Positions 1 to 11,730 of a DNA stretch of 64,000 bases are shown here, piece after piece. The notes under the pieces were generated by a model. That model searched no databases. It was given only the letters and a program-made list of their open reading frames with translations, and was not told where the DNA came from. Source of the DNA: Calcarisporiella thermophila CBS 279.70 (taxonomy: Eukaryota; Fungi; Calcarisporiellomycota). The stretch covers positions 64,890 to 128,889 of the forward strand of contig NW_027192225.1 of NCBI RefSeq assembly GCF_041956535.1, written 5' to 3'. The position numbers and the translations under genes are program-made. Positions within the stretch are counted from its first letter, which is position 1. Each line of letters begins with the position of its first letter.

Positions 1-329
1 ATACGATGGGTTCTCGGCGGACGTCTGGTCGCTGGGGGTCATTCTCTACACGCTGATTGTCGGCAGCTACCCTTTCTGCCCGGACGGGTATGAGGATTTG
101 CTGACCAACATTCAGCAGGGGCGGTTCCCGGAGCCGGATAGAGTGTCGCTGCAGGTCAGAGACCTAATACGCAACGGGCTGCTGGTGGTGGACGTGGAGC
201 AGCGTTTCACGGTAAGTGCTTTTGGCGCCACGCGGCTTTCCCTGTGCACGGGACTAACCTTGGTCTGAAACACGCTAGCTGGACAAGATTAAAAGGCACG
301 TGTGGTATAGAATGCCCCCCGCTGTTTGA
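1..329 (+). CDS. Ser/Thr protein kinase (CAMK-like), 3' end only
   Basis: Frame 2 reads YDGFSADVWSLGVILYTLIVGSYPF...DVEQRFT (subdomains IX-XI). GT-AG intron 212-278 with a CTAAC branch point, last exon LDKIKRHVWYRMPPAV* ending at 329. Confidence 0.85.
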
Positions 330-1011
330 GGCCAAAGGCATCTCCCCCCAACTTCATGCTACCCATCTCATCTCCTCTATTTATGCCATCCATAATCATG
401 TTGAAACACTGCGCCTTCTATTTATTGCTATCATTTTTGGTTGTTATATTTGGCTGCTCTTGCCACGTTGTATTCTTATCTTTTTGTATCATATACCGCG
501 TAATCAGACGGGTGAAATAGGGGCGAAAGACATCCTATTTGAGCCCTCTCAATAAGACTCATGTCGAAGCTAGTTGCGAGTGTGGGTTTCGTAACGCAAA
601 CGTGATAAATGGGTGACAAACGAGAATAGACCTTTTAACTGTCTATTCTCGTTCATAAGAATATCTAGGACTCACCATTAGTGCGTCCTAGATTAATTAG
701 CTTAGCATATTGAACAAGTGAGAGAAATCTGGGGATGAAAATTTAATAAATTAATATACTGTAGGTTTGGCATTTCCCAAATAAGCCAAAAGCATTTTTC
801 GATAGTGGAATTTTAAAAGTAATAGATTATTAGGTGAATTTTTCTCGAGGGGGTAGCAGTTATCACGACCACTCGCTAGCTTTTCATCTAAAGAATATGA
901 AAATTTCACAATCACAACCTGACACTGCTCTAGGATGATTGGGGATCCAATTGACGAAGAGTCTTGCGCCAGAAAAGGGCAAAATGGGGAAGCTGGGCTA
1001 CACACGCTATA

Positions 1012-3640
1012 TCACCAAACGTTGCATTTCCGCTTTGGATTCATGTTCGATCCTAGTGGGCAATTCCAAGCACGCGCAAATTCGACCGAGTTCATGGCCA
1101 CCCCATTGACTCGGAACACGGCGGGCGAATGCTCATTCGTAAGTACCTCTTGCAGCTGCCTTGCCGGGGTTGAGAATCCGCAGGCATTTCCTGCCCACGT
1201 AATGAAGAAAAGCTGCTCGGGGGTGAAGTGCTCTAACCCAGGCAATAACGGGTCATGCCGAGCATGCTTGAGGGCTCTTTTCCACGCATAGTATGCTTGC
1301 AGCGTTCCCCCATTATCCGCGATGTTCTCGCCCAGTGTGTTTCGGCCATCTACAGCCACTGCTCTTCCATCGGGGGTACTAATGGTAAAGTTGGAGTATT
1401 GATCGACAAAACACTGCGCCTTTTTCTCAAATTGGCGCGAGGACGCTTCACTCCACCAATCATGCACCGCACCTTGTTGGTCGAATAGGCGACCTTGGTC
1501 GTCAAACTCATGCTATTGCAATCGTAGAAGTTAGATCACCTTTCACCGTGAAACATTGGTAATTGCCGCATTTCTGCACCGTCCGTTAATTCATGCCCAA
1601 CTATGGACCCAAGTGCACCATAGTTTAAATATGCTGGTAGCTCACTGTGGAAATAAGGCGGTTGAGCGATGCCTGAAGGAATGGCTATATGCACCAACCC
1701 AAGATGCTACGATCGATACCATCATAGAGAAGATAGAAATTAAAAAGGTGAATAATCGAAGAAGCACCCTATTTGGATTTTCTCACCGTGTATGCATTTA
1801 CTGCGTATGAGGCCATCTCCCAACTAAAGCGATCAGGAGCATTGCCGAGTCGTTGAATGAATTTAGTAAATTTAAACGTCCTTCCTGCAACACCTGTTCC
1901 CAGAAAGTCATCTTTTGGTACATTGAATTTAGCGTAGTATCTTTGTAAATCACTTGGACACATGAGGTCGGGAGACTTTGACGGATATCCGGCCATAAAT
2001 ACCAGCTTCTGTGCTATCTTAAGAGCATTGGCGCGCGTTCTGTCATCGAGCCAATTGTGATACGGGAGTTTAAAGATAAACTCTTGGCGAATGTTTTCAA
2101 GCATCTCTGCGAGACCGTGCCTGCTGTCCGGGTCGAAGCGGCGCAGTGCAAAATGTCGAGCTGGTACATGCCATATATACTGGCTCACTTCGTCAATACA
2201 TGTGCGCCAGCGTGGCCAGGTGGACCCGTGTTTTGTGCCTGAGATTTGGTCTTTCAGGTTGCGGAGGGGTTGACTATACTGCTCGGGAAGATACTCCACA
2301 TATTCGCGGATGGTTCTCCAAAGTAAAAATGCTTGCAGAGTGGAAGCCCGGGTGTTTTCCACTATGGTAGAGAGATTGCCTATATATTCTGGTCCACTCA
2401 CAAAAACATCTACATTTAGGGGGGCTACCGCCACCTTGGAATAAAGCTGCTTAAAATGATCGCGCCAATCAAGTATGGGGGACAGATGTTGAAGCATAGT
2501 GATGCTCATGGGATTCTTGAAATGGTCCACTCTGTCTATTTGCTGCCTAGTGGAAAGAAGGAAGATAATTTGTAAAAAGTATTCGCTTGATGACAAAACT
2601 CCTTGAGGCAACGATTCCACTTACGGTGGCAGTATATGTTCTATCAGCTGCTTTTCAAAATCAATGATTTCTTCCGAAACAAGCTTCCATATGCTCGGAT
2701 CGAGAGGATGCGCCTCTGGCCATACCGCTACATCATTCACAATTTTCGTAAATGATTCTGAAATTGCGACACTATATGCATTGACGATGGTTTCATTTCG
2801 ATAGTAGTCGATGACAGGTAATCCAAGTACCGGCTGGGTGAGCCATAACCTGGTCACATTCACATCGGGCCAAGAGTCGTATTGGAAAAGTCCATTAACT
2901 CCATAGTTGGCCAGCAAGCCAAGCACGGCTCCCAGTGATTTTTTTACATCCTTGTCTTCGTCCACCGCTCTTTTGTCTAATTCACCGCTGTAGTAGTCAG
3001 GTAACGGGTGCGGAAGAGGGAACCCTTCCAATACAAGCTTCAACAGAGACATGAGTTTTTCCACTTTCCCAGCCTAGTCAGAAGCACGCATGCACACATC
3101 GTAGACCATTTTTGCTTTTTCAAATACTTCTCTATCACTACGCGCTTCTTCTTTCGTCAAATTACCCACGCTCCCACCGTCATAACCACTCTCCAAAATA
3201 TCTCGAATGGCCAAGAGATTCTCCTCCTGTGTTTCGTCTGATATTCGCCATTTGGGTGCGTTGGGTGGGATATGGTGGTACTCTTTGAACCTTCCACATA
3301 CGAATTCATAAAAGTTATCACATGGAGAGACAGACACATTGATTTTTCCAAGAATGCTCGCAGCGGTTTCGAGGCAGACAGGCTCCGTACAGTATTTCTT
3401 ATGATTTATAGATTCATATATGAGCTCTTACGCTACTTTTCCCAATATTCATACTAATAATAAAACCTTCGAAGTACGCGCTTGAGATGGAAGCCTGAAA
3501 TAAAAATAGCCAATAATCCTAATCGTCATCCATGCCAGCACGATCACATGGAGCCTTTTCCGATGGCTTTGTAGCGATTCCCGAATATGATTAACAACGT
3601 GGATATTCGTATTTTTTTCGGTTATCGCCACTATGGACAT
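1012..3640 (-). pseudogene. Neprilysin/endothelin-converting enzyme family M13 zinc metallopeptidase, apparently disrupted
   Basis: Hydrophobic N-terminal anchor, then CTEPVC..SPCDNFYEFVCG, RWRTC, VNAY, PAYLNYGALGSIVGHELT|HEFDDQG (HExxH), TLGENIADNGG, HSPAVFRVNG, CPLGSNMNPKRKCNVW. In-frame TAG at 3074-3076 and a non-GT donor at 1583. The family call is strong; pseudogene status is inferred. Confidence 0.75.
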
Positions 3641-4673
3641 CTCGAGGAGAAGATAGGGAGGAATCGCTTTCCACTCCCCAATGCTACACTCTCTCTAGGG
3701 AATCTTTGCGCTGTGACAGGAAACTTTATTGAGCTAAGCCAATGAATTTATTTCGGTGCAATAAGGAAATCCAGGATATTACTTTAGTTTGTGGCTGACC
3801 GAAACTGAGGAAATAGTAGTTCCCGATATCCTCCTTACCACCAGCAGCTTGCCGTCCTTCAAGGGAGCAAAAAAAGTGAGGATAAAAAAAACCGTTCTAT
3901 GTAATTCTAAGACGATTGGGCTTTAGATTTGTTAATAACTAATCACGTACTGCTCAGGTAGCCGAACGGATATCCGTATTGCCTACCGCACAAGGTGGAG
4001 TTCAGTCACCATTCCTTTTCTTTCTATTAATTTGCAGTTTTCTATTACAATGTATAAATACGATCCACGACTGAGGGGGGAGGACAGTCGAATAAGCAAA
4101 AGGCTTTAACTCCCAGTCTATAAACAACGCGAGCAATAATGTGAAAACCAGATGATTATTTCTTCAAAATCCTATATCATATTTTTGCTTATTCTTAAGT
4201 ATCCCCTACTTCATAGTGCTCAAAGCCGTTGTGGATTTTCTCAAGGAATCACCTTGGATTGCAGCAAATCGGGTGCTAGAAAGAGAGAGGGGAAGGGAGA
4301 CAGAATAGGAGGCTGACAAAGAGAATGATGCTGCGGTATATGAACAATACAAAAATGATCATAAATTTTAAAATTTCTCGTCGTGACTTTAAAAACCTCT
4401 AAATCAAGATTTTATTTTCTTATTCCTAAAATCTTTAAGAAAGCTTCTAGGAAAACCGATATGTGCAAGAGACGTGTCTAAGGGAAGAAGAGCCTCTATA
4501 GTTAGCGACGTCTCCAGATAATTGCTCGGGATGCCTTCATCTTATGTGTATAATCCCGAGATTTAATAATGAGAAGTCACAAATGAGGCACAGCAAATAA
4601 TATCCATACCATTTGTAATTGCCTAGAAATATATGGTATACTTGTGTTATTTGTTATTCAAGCATAAAGCAGA

Positions 4674-5407
4674 ATGGCAACCGCCGCCACCGAGGACGAA
4701 GAATACAGCTCACAGGATATTGCTTCAAAACTAGCACGGTATGAAGACTTGGTCAACAACCGAATCAAGCGGGATTTGGAAGAGGCGGAGGAGCAGCGGC
4801 AACGGATCCTCGAGGAGATCTCAGAGTAGTGCGTTTCTCATTCTCAGACCTTTTTTTTTTCGTGCAGCATGACTTGCCACAGAAAGCTAATCTATGTTAT
4901 GTGATAGTCGTCGGCTGCTGAGCAACTTGGAATTCTTCCAAGAGCACAACTTGAAATCCTTCAATACCATGGTCGACCTAGGATTCAACTTCCAGATGCA
5001 GGCCAAAGTGTAATGCTCGAGCTGCTTTGCTGCCCGACTCCTTATCGGTGCCCCTAACTGTTTTTTTTTCTTGCTTCTTCTCTGTGTATTTTCCAGGCCA
5101 AGTACTCAGCATGTCTACGTCCATGTGGGACAGCAATTCTATCCACAACTTACGCTCGACGAGGCTAAGGAATTCATCGGGAAGAAGCTGGTGCTTCTAG
5201 ACAAGAGCGCCGCACGGAGCACGCAGAGGGTCTCCGAGATCAAAGCCTATTACACCCTGGTAAATCGCCTTTTTAATTTGCTCGAGATGGGTGTTGGTTG
5301 TGTTTTTCACTTGGGAGCTGACCATGTTATTTTCATGTTCACTTTGATAGATTCTCAATGCAATGGCAGAAATCATCCACCTTCGAAGCCATTCAGAGGC
5401 ATCATGA
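4674..5407 (+). CDS. UXT: Prefoldin alpha-like protein UXT
   Basis: Spliced ORF (3 introns): MATAATEDEEY..KLARYEDLVNNRIKRDLEEAEEQRQRILEEISE..FNTMVDLGFNFQMQAKV|PSTQHVYVHVGQQFYPQLTLDEAKEFI, the prefoldin-alpha beta-hairpin pattern. Confidence 0.8.
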
Positions 5408-5562
5408 CTCGTTTGTAAATAGTAAACCGAACTTTACCCACACTAATCTAGCAAACACTTTCATTTCTAAAGAAGAGAAACAAAATATCCTTGTTCTTAA
5501 AATATATATATATATACACGATGGTTTATTGGAAAGAAAAAGCAAAAAATAGAGTCTCCACT

Positions 5563-6503
5563 TTAGTCTTGGCGCATCTTGAGCGTGCGAGTGATAACCT
5601 TATCCGGCGTACTATGGATAACAAAATGACATGGGTGAGCGGAGGAATGGTAAAGGGAGAAGAAACACGCGAAGCTCCAACTTACATCACATGGACTACT
5701 GCACCCCAACCTGAATAGCAATCACGATCCACCGCATTCACAAGGGCCTGAGAAATCGTCTCGAATAAATCCTCCGGAGCCTATCAGTGCCGAGAGACAC
5801 AGATGCAAAAAGGAAGGAGAGCATAAGCGCCAGGAAATAAAAAAAATTGAGCAAGCATCAAAACGGATAAACTCACAAGATCCGGCTCCCACAGCGCCTC
5901 GCAAACACCATAGAGATTTTCTGATGCTGTTCCGCTTACTACAAAGTCCTTTGCGAAATTGATGCAGCCAATCAAGTCCATATTGCAAATGAATGGCTCG
6001 CCCTTCTTGTCGAGACCTGCGATCACCGGCTCCACGAAGTAAGGTCCGAATCTAAAGCCGAACGAACATCCAGATTCAGCAAAAAAGAAATAGGAAAATG
6101 CAGAGATTAGGATTAGCCAAGCTGACCTTCGTTCATAGAGGCTGGAAGAGACTAGATGCGCAAAGGTCTTTGGCTCGATGGTGCGCTCTTCACGCAACTT
6201 GTAGAGGTTTGTTTTGAATCTAAAGCTCTCATGCCTGCAAACCAAGACAAATATAGAAGACAGAGTCAATCAGTCCGCCGAAAGCATGGGGCCAGAACAC
6301 ACTCCAGGAGCTTACAGAGTTTGCACATCCGTGGCCAGCCCAGCAAGGCCAATATATGTCTTGTCCGTCACCGGGAAGATCTTTTGGAACTCGTTCGACA
6401 CCGTCATGGCTTGCTGTCCAAGACGCTTATCCGCCGCGATGGCCACGCAGTTCTTGCCCACCATGGCCACGATGGCGGCTCCATTATATTCCATAATCGA
6501 CAT
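5563..6503 (-). CDS. PUP3: 20S proteasome subunit beta type-3
   Basis: [93 protein letters not shown], ending LKMRQD*. Multi-exon. Confidence 0.96.
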
Positions 6504-6853
6504 CTTGGAAATTCAGGTTTGGTGTATTAATGGGGGATAGATTAACCAAGGAAGAGCAGATTGCAGAGAGGGTTACGAAACGAAGGAAAAATGGACGCGT
6601 CTTCGTTGAGATTGCGTAAGGTGCAACGTCACTCGCCTCCGTCACCCATCCCCTTGATTCCCCAAATCGGTTGAGGCCAGAGGTCTGTACGCGCAATCTT
6701 ACCATTGCTTTCTTTTTTCACACTTCACTTCTTCTCCGGTAGATTGCTGCCATCTTTTCTACTCATTATCCCTTTCACTTCTTTGGCCATAGGTGGAGGA
6801 GAAAGTGTTCTATTAATCATTCATCGAGTCTAGGCAATTCGAAGATCAAGACC

Positions 6854-7887
6854 ATGGCTGCCTCATTTTTCCAGTCTATGCCGCGACGTCAGCGCAATCT
6901 CATCGAGTTCAAAGCGGGGAAGCTGTTCAGAGAAGGGAACACAAATCTGGTAAAGCCAGATTTGCGGAAAGGGTGAGGGGATTTGGTTCTCTTTTGCCAT
7001 GCCCATTCGGAAGAAAGGCATCTCATGGTTCTTTTTTTTTCCTATATTTCTTTTCGCTCGAATTTTGTCGTGACTACGTGTCGATCAGACTTGTGTATAT
7101 GAATGTGGTATGTAGTAATGCACATTCTCGTGTGCATATCTTTTTTGTCCCTCTAATCATTATCCTTTCGTTTCTCTTTTATTCGGCCCCGTAGACCGAG
7201 GATCAATTACTCCACTTTTGCTGGAAGGATCGGCGCACGAATCAGGTTGAGGAGGTATGTGAATATCCGCGCCTCGAACGCGGGTCGCGCTATGTAATCT
7301 CTGCCTGAACCCACTAAACAAAACCTCCATGGGCCCCGCTTGTTCCCTAGGATTTGATCATTTTCCCGGAGGAGGCCGAGTTCGTCAAGGTGGAGCAGGC
7401 CTCCAATGGCCGCGTGTATCTTCTCCGATTCAAGTCTTCGTCCCAGAAGCATTTCTTCTGGATGCAGGATGCGAAAGCAGACAAGGACGAGGACATCTCT
7501 CAGAGAGTGAACCGCCTCATCAACGATCCAAATGCGGGGGCCGCTGCGGAAAGAAGCGCCGCCGCCAGCGGAGCCGGAGGAGAGCTGGCAGAGGGCTTCG
7601 GAATGGATCAGGACCAGCTGCTTCAACTGCTGCAGGGCTCTGCCGGATTCGGCGGCTTTCCGCTGTCCGAGGGCCAGGGCGGGCAAGGAAGACGCCGTCA
7701 GGAGGAGCAGCCGCAGCCAAGTTCCACATCAGACAACTCGCAGCACGGGGAGCAGGAGGGCAGGGAGGCACAGCCGAGCTCGTCCGAGCAAGGAAACCAG
7801 CGGGAGGGGCCGGAGGGTGAGGAAGGGGCCCAGGGGCGAGAGCGCAAAGATAGAAAAGATGATGACGAGATGGATACAGATTTGTAA
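6854..7887 (+). CDS. RPN13: Proteasome ubiquitin receptor Rpn13/ADRM1 (Pru domain)
   Basis: LIEFKAGKL..VKPDLRKG|LVYMNV|TEDQLLHFCWKDR..DLIIFPEEAEF..GRVYLLRFKSSSQKHFFWMQD. Three introns flank exons including a 19-nt micro-exon at 7089-7107. Confidence 0.93.
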
Positions 7888-9152
7888 AAAGCAAAAATTA
7901 TAAATCGGCGATGAGCTCTATGCGTCCTTTGTATTGTGAATTTTTCTCCACCCTTATCTTCCTTGCTTTTTTGGAAGGATATGTTTTTTTTTTTTTCATT
8001 AGCTTAGATTGCTTTGTACGTGTTTTCTATTTTGTCTAATAAAACACAATTGAATATATTCGCCGTCCCTGCTCTTGGACAGGTATACTAGGGAACTTTG
8101 TGGACAACCGCAGGGTTGAGGCAAGTCGTTTCCGAGGGGAATAAAAAACAAAGAGTAGAAACACCGAGGGTGGCGTTACTAGAGAGCGGCTCCTGCCTAT
8201 CATTAACATGAAAGATTGATTTGGTGACATGGGAAAATGAATAAAGTATGGAACTAAAACAGCCTCCTTTCTCAACACGACTATCGATGAATCACAAAGG
8301 ATCCCGATGTCGAGGATTTGCATAGGCATGCACACGAGCGCTTTCCAGGAGATTGGCGATGGTCCAATGCAACCAGGTCCAGCTACATGTCATTGCATAA
8401 CTTTCAGCCAATTGTGGAGGCAAGACGAGGGCAAATGGCCAGGACATTCGTCTCTATTTGTCCATGTATATTGCTCCAAGGGATTGCGTCACGAAGCCAG
8501 GAAGAGAGGCCTCGAACTACACAAATCTCCATCACTCTCGAAGGCAAAACCTAAGCATCCGCCTCTGTGAATATGAGAGTCCAGCATGAAATATTGTGTG
8601 GCGATGGCTCTGCTATACAGATTGCTGCATACAAGTTTTTTCTCTTGGCTTTGATGGCGTTCCAACTCGATTAGATAGCCGGTTTAATGTTGAAACTTAA
8701 TGATAATGATCGTGGGAAAGGTTTGTACATTCATACACAGTTGCCTTCCCAGTCTTGGTTTAGGCGAAGGCTAGGAAAGGTGAGTCAAGAGTAGGGTCAG
8801 CCATATTCAAAGAAGCAGACTAGCCTATTGAAAGGCTTTTGTAGTATTCCCTCTTGGGCTGAGCTTTACTCTGGCTTGCTGAACCGCATCCAGCATTATA
8901 TGGGCACAAACGGATTGCCTATACTTAATCCACGACTTCATAATCTAGCACTGAAATTCACTCGCACTAGAAGATGAAAATTTCGATTTTATGCCACGTG
9001 GGCTTCTTGGATGGATAGCATGAAGGTCACCAACCCTTTGTTTGCAGAGAGAGAAGGGGAAATTACTAGCTGCCATCGAGCTTTATGGCGACCTAAGGCA
9101 TGTCTTTGCAAAAGTGGATGAGAGGAAAGTCTGGGGTTCCAAGCCGACGGAA

Positions 9153-9257
9153 CGCGAAAACTCACCTCGGCAGATCTTACCGTGTTTTTCTTCGTGTTCC
9201 ATTTTCGCGCGACTGTCAACCTGATTGGTTGACTTGGCTGAGACGCGAAACGCGAAA
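9153..9257. promoter_or_regulatory. Cluster of four CGCGAAA (SBF/MBF/E2F-like G1/S) elements
   Basis: CGCGAAA at 9153, 9244 and 9251 plus the reverse complement TTTCGCG at 9203, 130-235 bp upstream of the RPA-interacting protein ATG. Confidence 0.55.
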
Positions 9258-9387
9258 AAAGTGTGACTGTCGCATTTCGCTCTATTTGGAATATAAATTA
9301 TTCCCTGAATTCGTCGGGTGTTTTCTTCGTTCATCGCTCTGCAGTATAAACGTTATATATCAAAGATACCAAGGACATCCATCCATC

Positions 9388-9982
9388 ATGCTTGAACTCA
9401 TCACCCCCGCTCACCACTTCCAATCTACCTCTATCAATGCTCCGCAGCCGCATCGTCGTCCTCTTACTTGTACTCGCGGAAACAATGTCGCATGGCGGAA
9501 TCGCTTCAAGCAGCAGTGTCGCGAGCGGATACAGCGCTCGCGGCAAGAAGCATTCGATAAGCGAAGAGGAATGAGTGAAGAGAGTGTAGGTATCCATAGT
9601 GGTTCATTTCCCCAAATCGTTTCTGATTAACAGCTTTTTCCTTGCTATTCTTTAGTGGATTCATAAACTCGTTGTGCAAGAATGGCAGCAATTTCAACAA
9701 GCGCACGAACGGTCCTTCCTCTTGGAGGTTGGCGAGCCGCAGCTCATCGAAGAGGATTTACTCGATGAAATTTGTCGAGGTAAGCTGGGTTCATCCGCCC
9801 CTCTTGTCCCTGGTCTATGGTTGCCTTTATACTAATATTTTTTTTTTCCCTTTTGCTCTGTAGAATCAAACACAGAATACGACCCCATGCTAGACGAGAT
9901 TCTCGCGCAGGAAGAGGCTGAGCTCGCATCCGCCATCGAAGCATACCAATACGGGCAAGACCTGGACATCGAGATGGTATAG
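9388..9982 (+). CDS. RPA-interacting protein-like (RPAIN N-terminal/middle region)
   Basis: WRNRFKQQCRERIQRSRQEAFDKRR resembles the RPA_interact_N motif. It is followed by ..VVQEWQQF and an acidic helical region. Two GT-AG introns. Confidence 0.65.
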
Positions 9983-10454
9983 GCTGCTTTAGCCCTTCAG
10001 GATAGATCAGAGCCGCTTCTCCTCCTCCTCCTCTCCCTTCATTCCCTCTCATCGCATTTTGTAGGAACTTTCTTGTATCATGTGTAAATTTATTCCCATC
10101 ATATTTGGCCTATTTCAGATAATAAAAAAGGGGCATCATTAACTAATGTCTGAAAGTCAAAAGTATATGGGGGGGGTCTTCAAAAGCAGAATGGTAAAAT
10201 AGTAAAAAAGAGAAAAAAAATGGCAAGTGTTCATTATAAAAAGAAAAATCAATACAATAGACTTAACATAGAGGGAAATATGAAGGGAGAAGGGGAGATC
10301 AACCTTCATGATGGATGGTATAACAAATAAAAAAAAATACCAAAAAAAAACATATATGGGGGGAGGAGGAGAGGAGAACATGGATGAAAGACAATAGGAT
10401 GCCAGCAAAGATTGCATTGAAATGAACCCAGCCCGAAGAAAACCCGTTCACCAT

Positions 10455-11730
10455 CTAACAAACCCATTTCGCGTCCACTTTATTCGGTTCCAGCGAGTTG
10501 TCCAGCACCGCGACCACGTCCTCGACATGGGAGGTGGAGAGATCCTGCAGGAACGGCAGCATGTCCAACAGTTCGGTATCGTGGGGGTCCGAGAACCAAG
10601 AGGACACGGGGACCGCATTCATGGGGTGGAAAATATACGAGACGGGGGAGTTGTCTATGATGACGACGTTGCGTAAATCACGCCCTAGCTGCGACAGATC
10701 CTTGACGTAGTTTCCCTTGTGCTGGTAGCAAGACTCTCGGAAGAGGCGATGCTTCACCACCTTATGGATGTCAAGGAGATCCAGCACCGGGTCGGCGTAC
10801 TAGAAGCGGCATGAGGCGAGTGAGAAAGGGAGAAATAAAATAAAACATAGCGGGAGCATGGAATCACCTTGGCAAGACTAGCGGTAAAGACGACCACTTC
10901 GAAAAACTCCCCCACTCGCTTTAAGAACTCGTCTACTCCTGGCCGTTTCATCACGTACACATTATGTATCTGGTTCTCAATCTCCACCGGCACTACAAAA
11001 TCGGCCTTTTGGACCACCTATGATAGCGTTGAGGGGAGGAGGATAAAAAAAAAAGCACGTCAGCACGCAGAGCTCCAACCATGCGTCCATCGCTATGGCT
11101 AACCTTGAATGAGCTGTGGACTAGCGTTTCATCCAAATCGAGCACCAAGCATTTTCGCCCGCTATCCTCCGGAGCCAGCGGAGCTAAAAGCCAACATGGC
11201 TCTTCCTTCCCCTGATGCCCAAGATGCTCTTCTTCTACTATGGCGTCTTCCTGAGGTACTTTTCTCTCCTCCTCGTGGGGGGGATCGGCCGCTGGGCTTG
11301 TGGCGGCGACGGGGGCCTGTTTGGCTAGATTGAGGAAGCGGGGAGAGTCGAGATCCAGAAAAGCGCGTGAAGTGCAGCAGAGAAGGAGAGACAGGAATCC
11401 GCGGGGCTGTTTTTGGGTATGCGAGGGTGAGGTGGGTGATTTAACGAGAAGGCCAGGATCTGGCGTTGACTTTGAATTGATGTTGGATGGTCGCACGTCA
11501 ACCACTGCATTGGAATCATAGTTAAAGGCTCAGAATTGCGTCCGAGTGCATAATGGATATCATATCCTGGTAGAATGCACGCGTTGAGAAGGGAAAAAAA
11601 AAGGCTCACCTTTATTGGATGGATTGGCATTGGTTTTTCCATTCGCGGAAGCCTGCGTAATGACGTTGGCGAGAACGGACGACGGAGATCCATCTGGTAA
11701 GACTTGTGTTATAAGCGATTCAGTTGTCAT
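10455..11730 (-). CDS. PSR1: CTD small phosphatase (FCP/SCP, NIF domain), Psr1/Psr2-like
   Basis: [16 protein letters not shown] (DxDx(T/V)), [49 protein letters not shown]-terminal ESLITQV and an internal GFLSLLLCC acylation-type motif. Confidence 0.93.

Noticed and set aside
3074-3106. Tiny intron (14 or 33 nt) rescuing the M13 stop codon
   Set aside because: 14 nt is too short and shifts the frame. The 33-nt option would delete the conserved Y..CM motif and has a poor donor.
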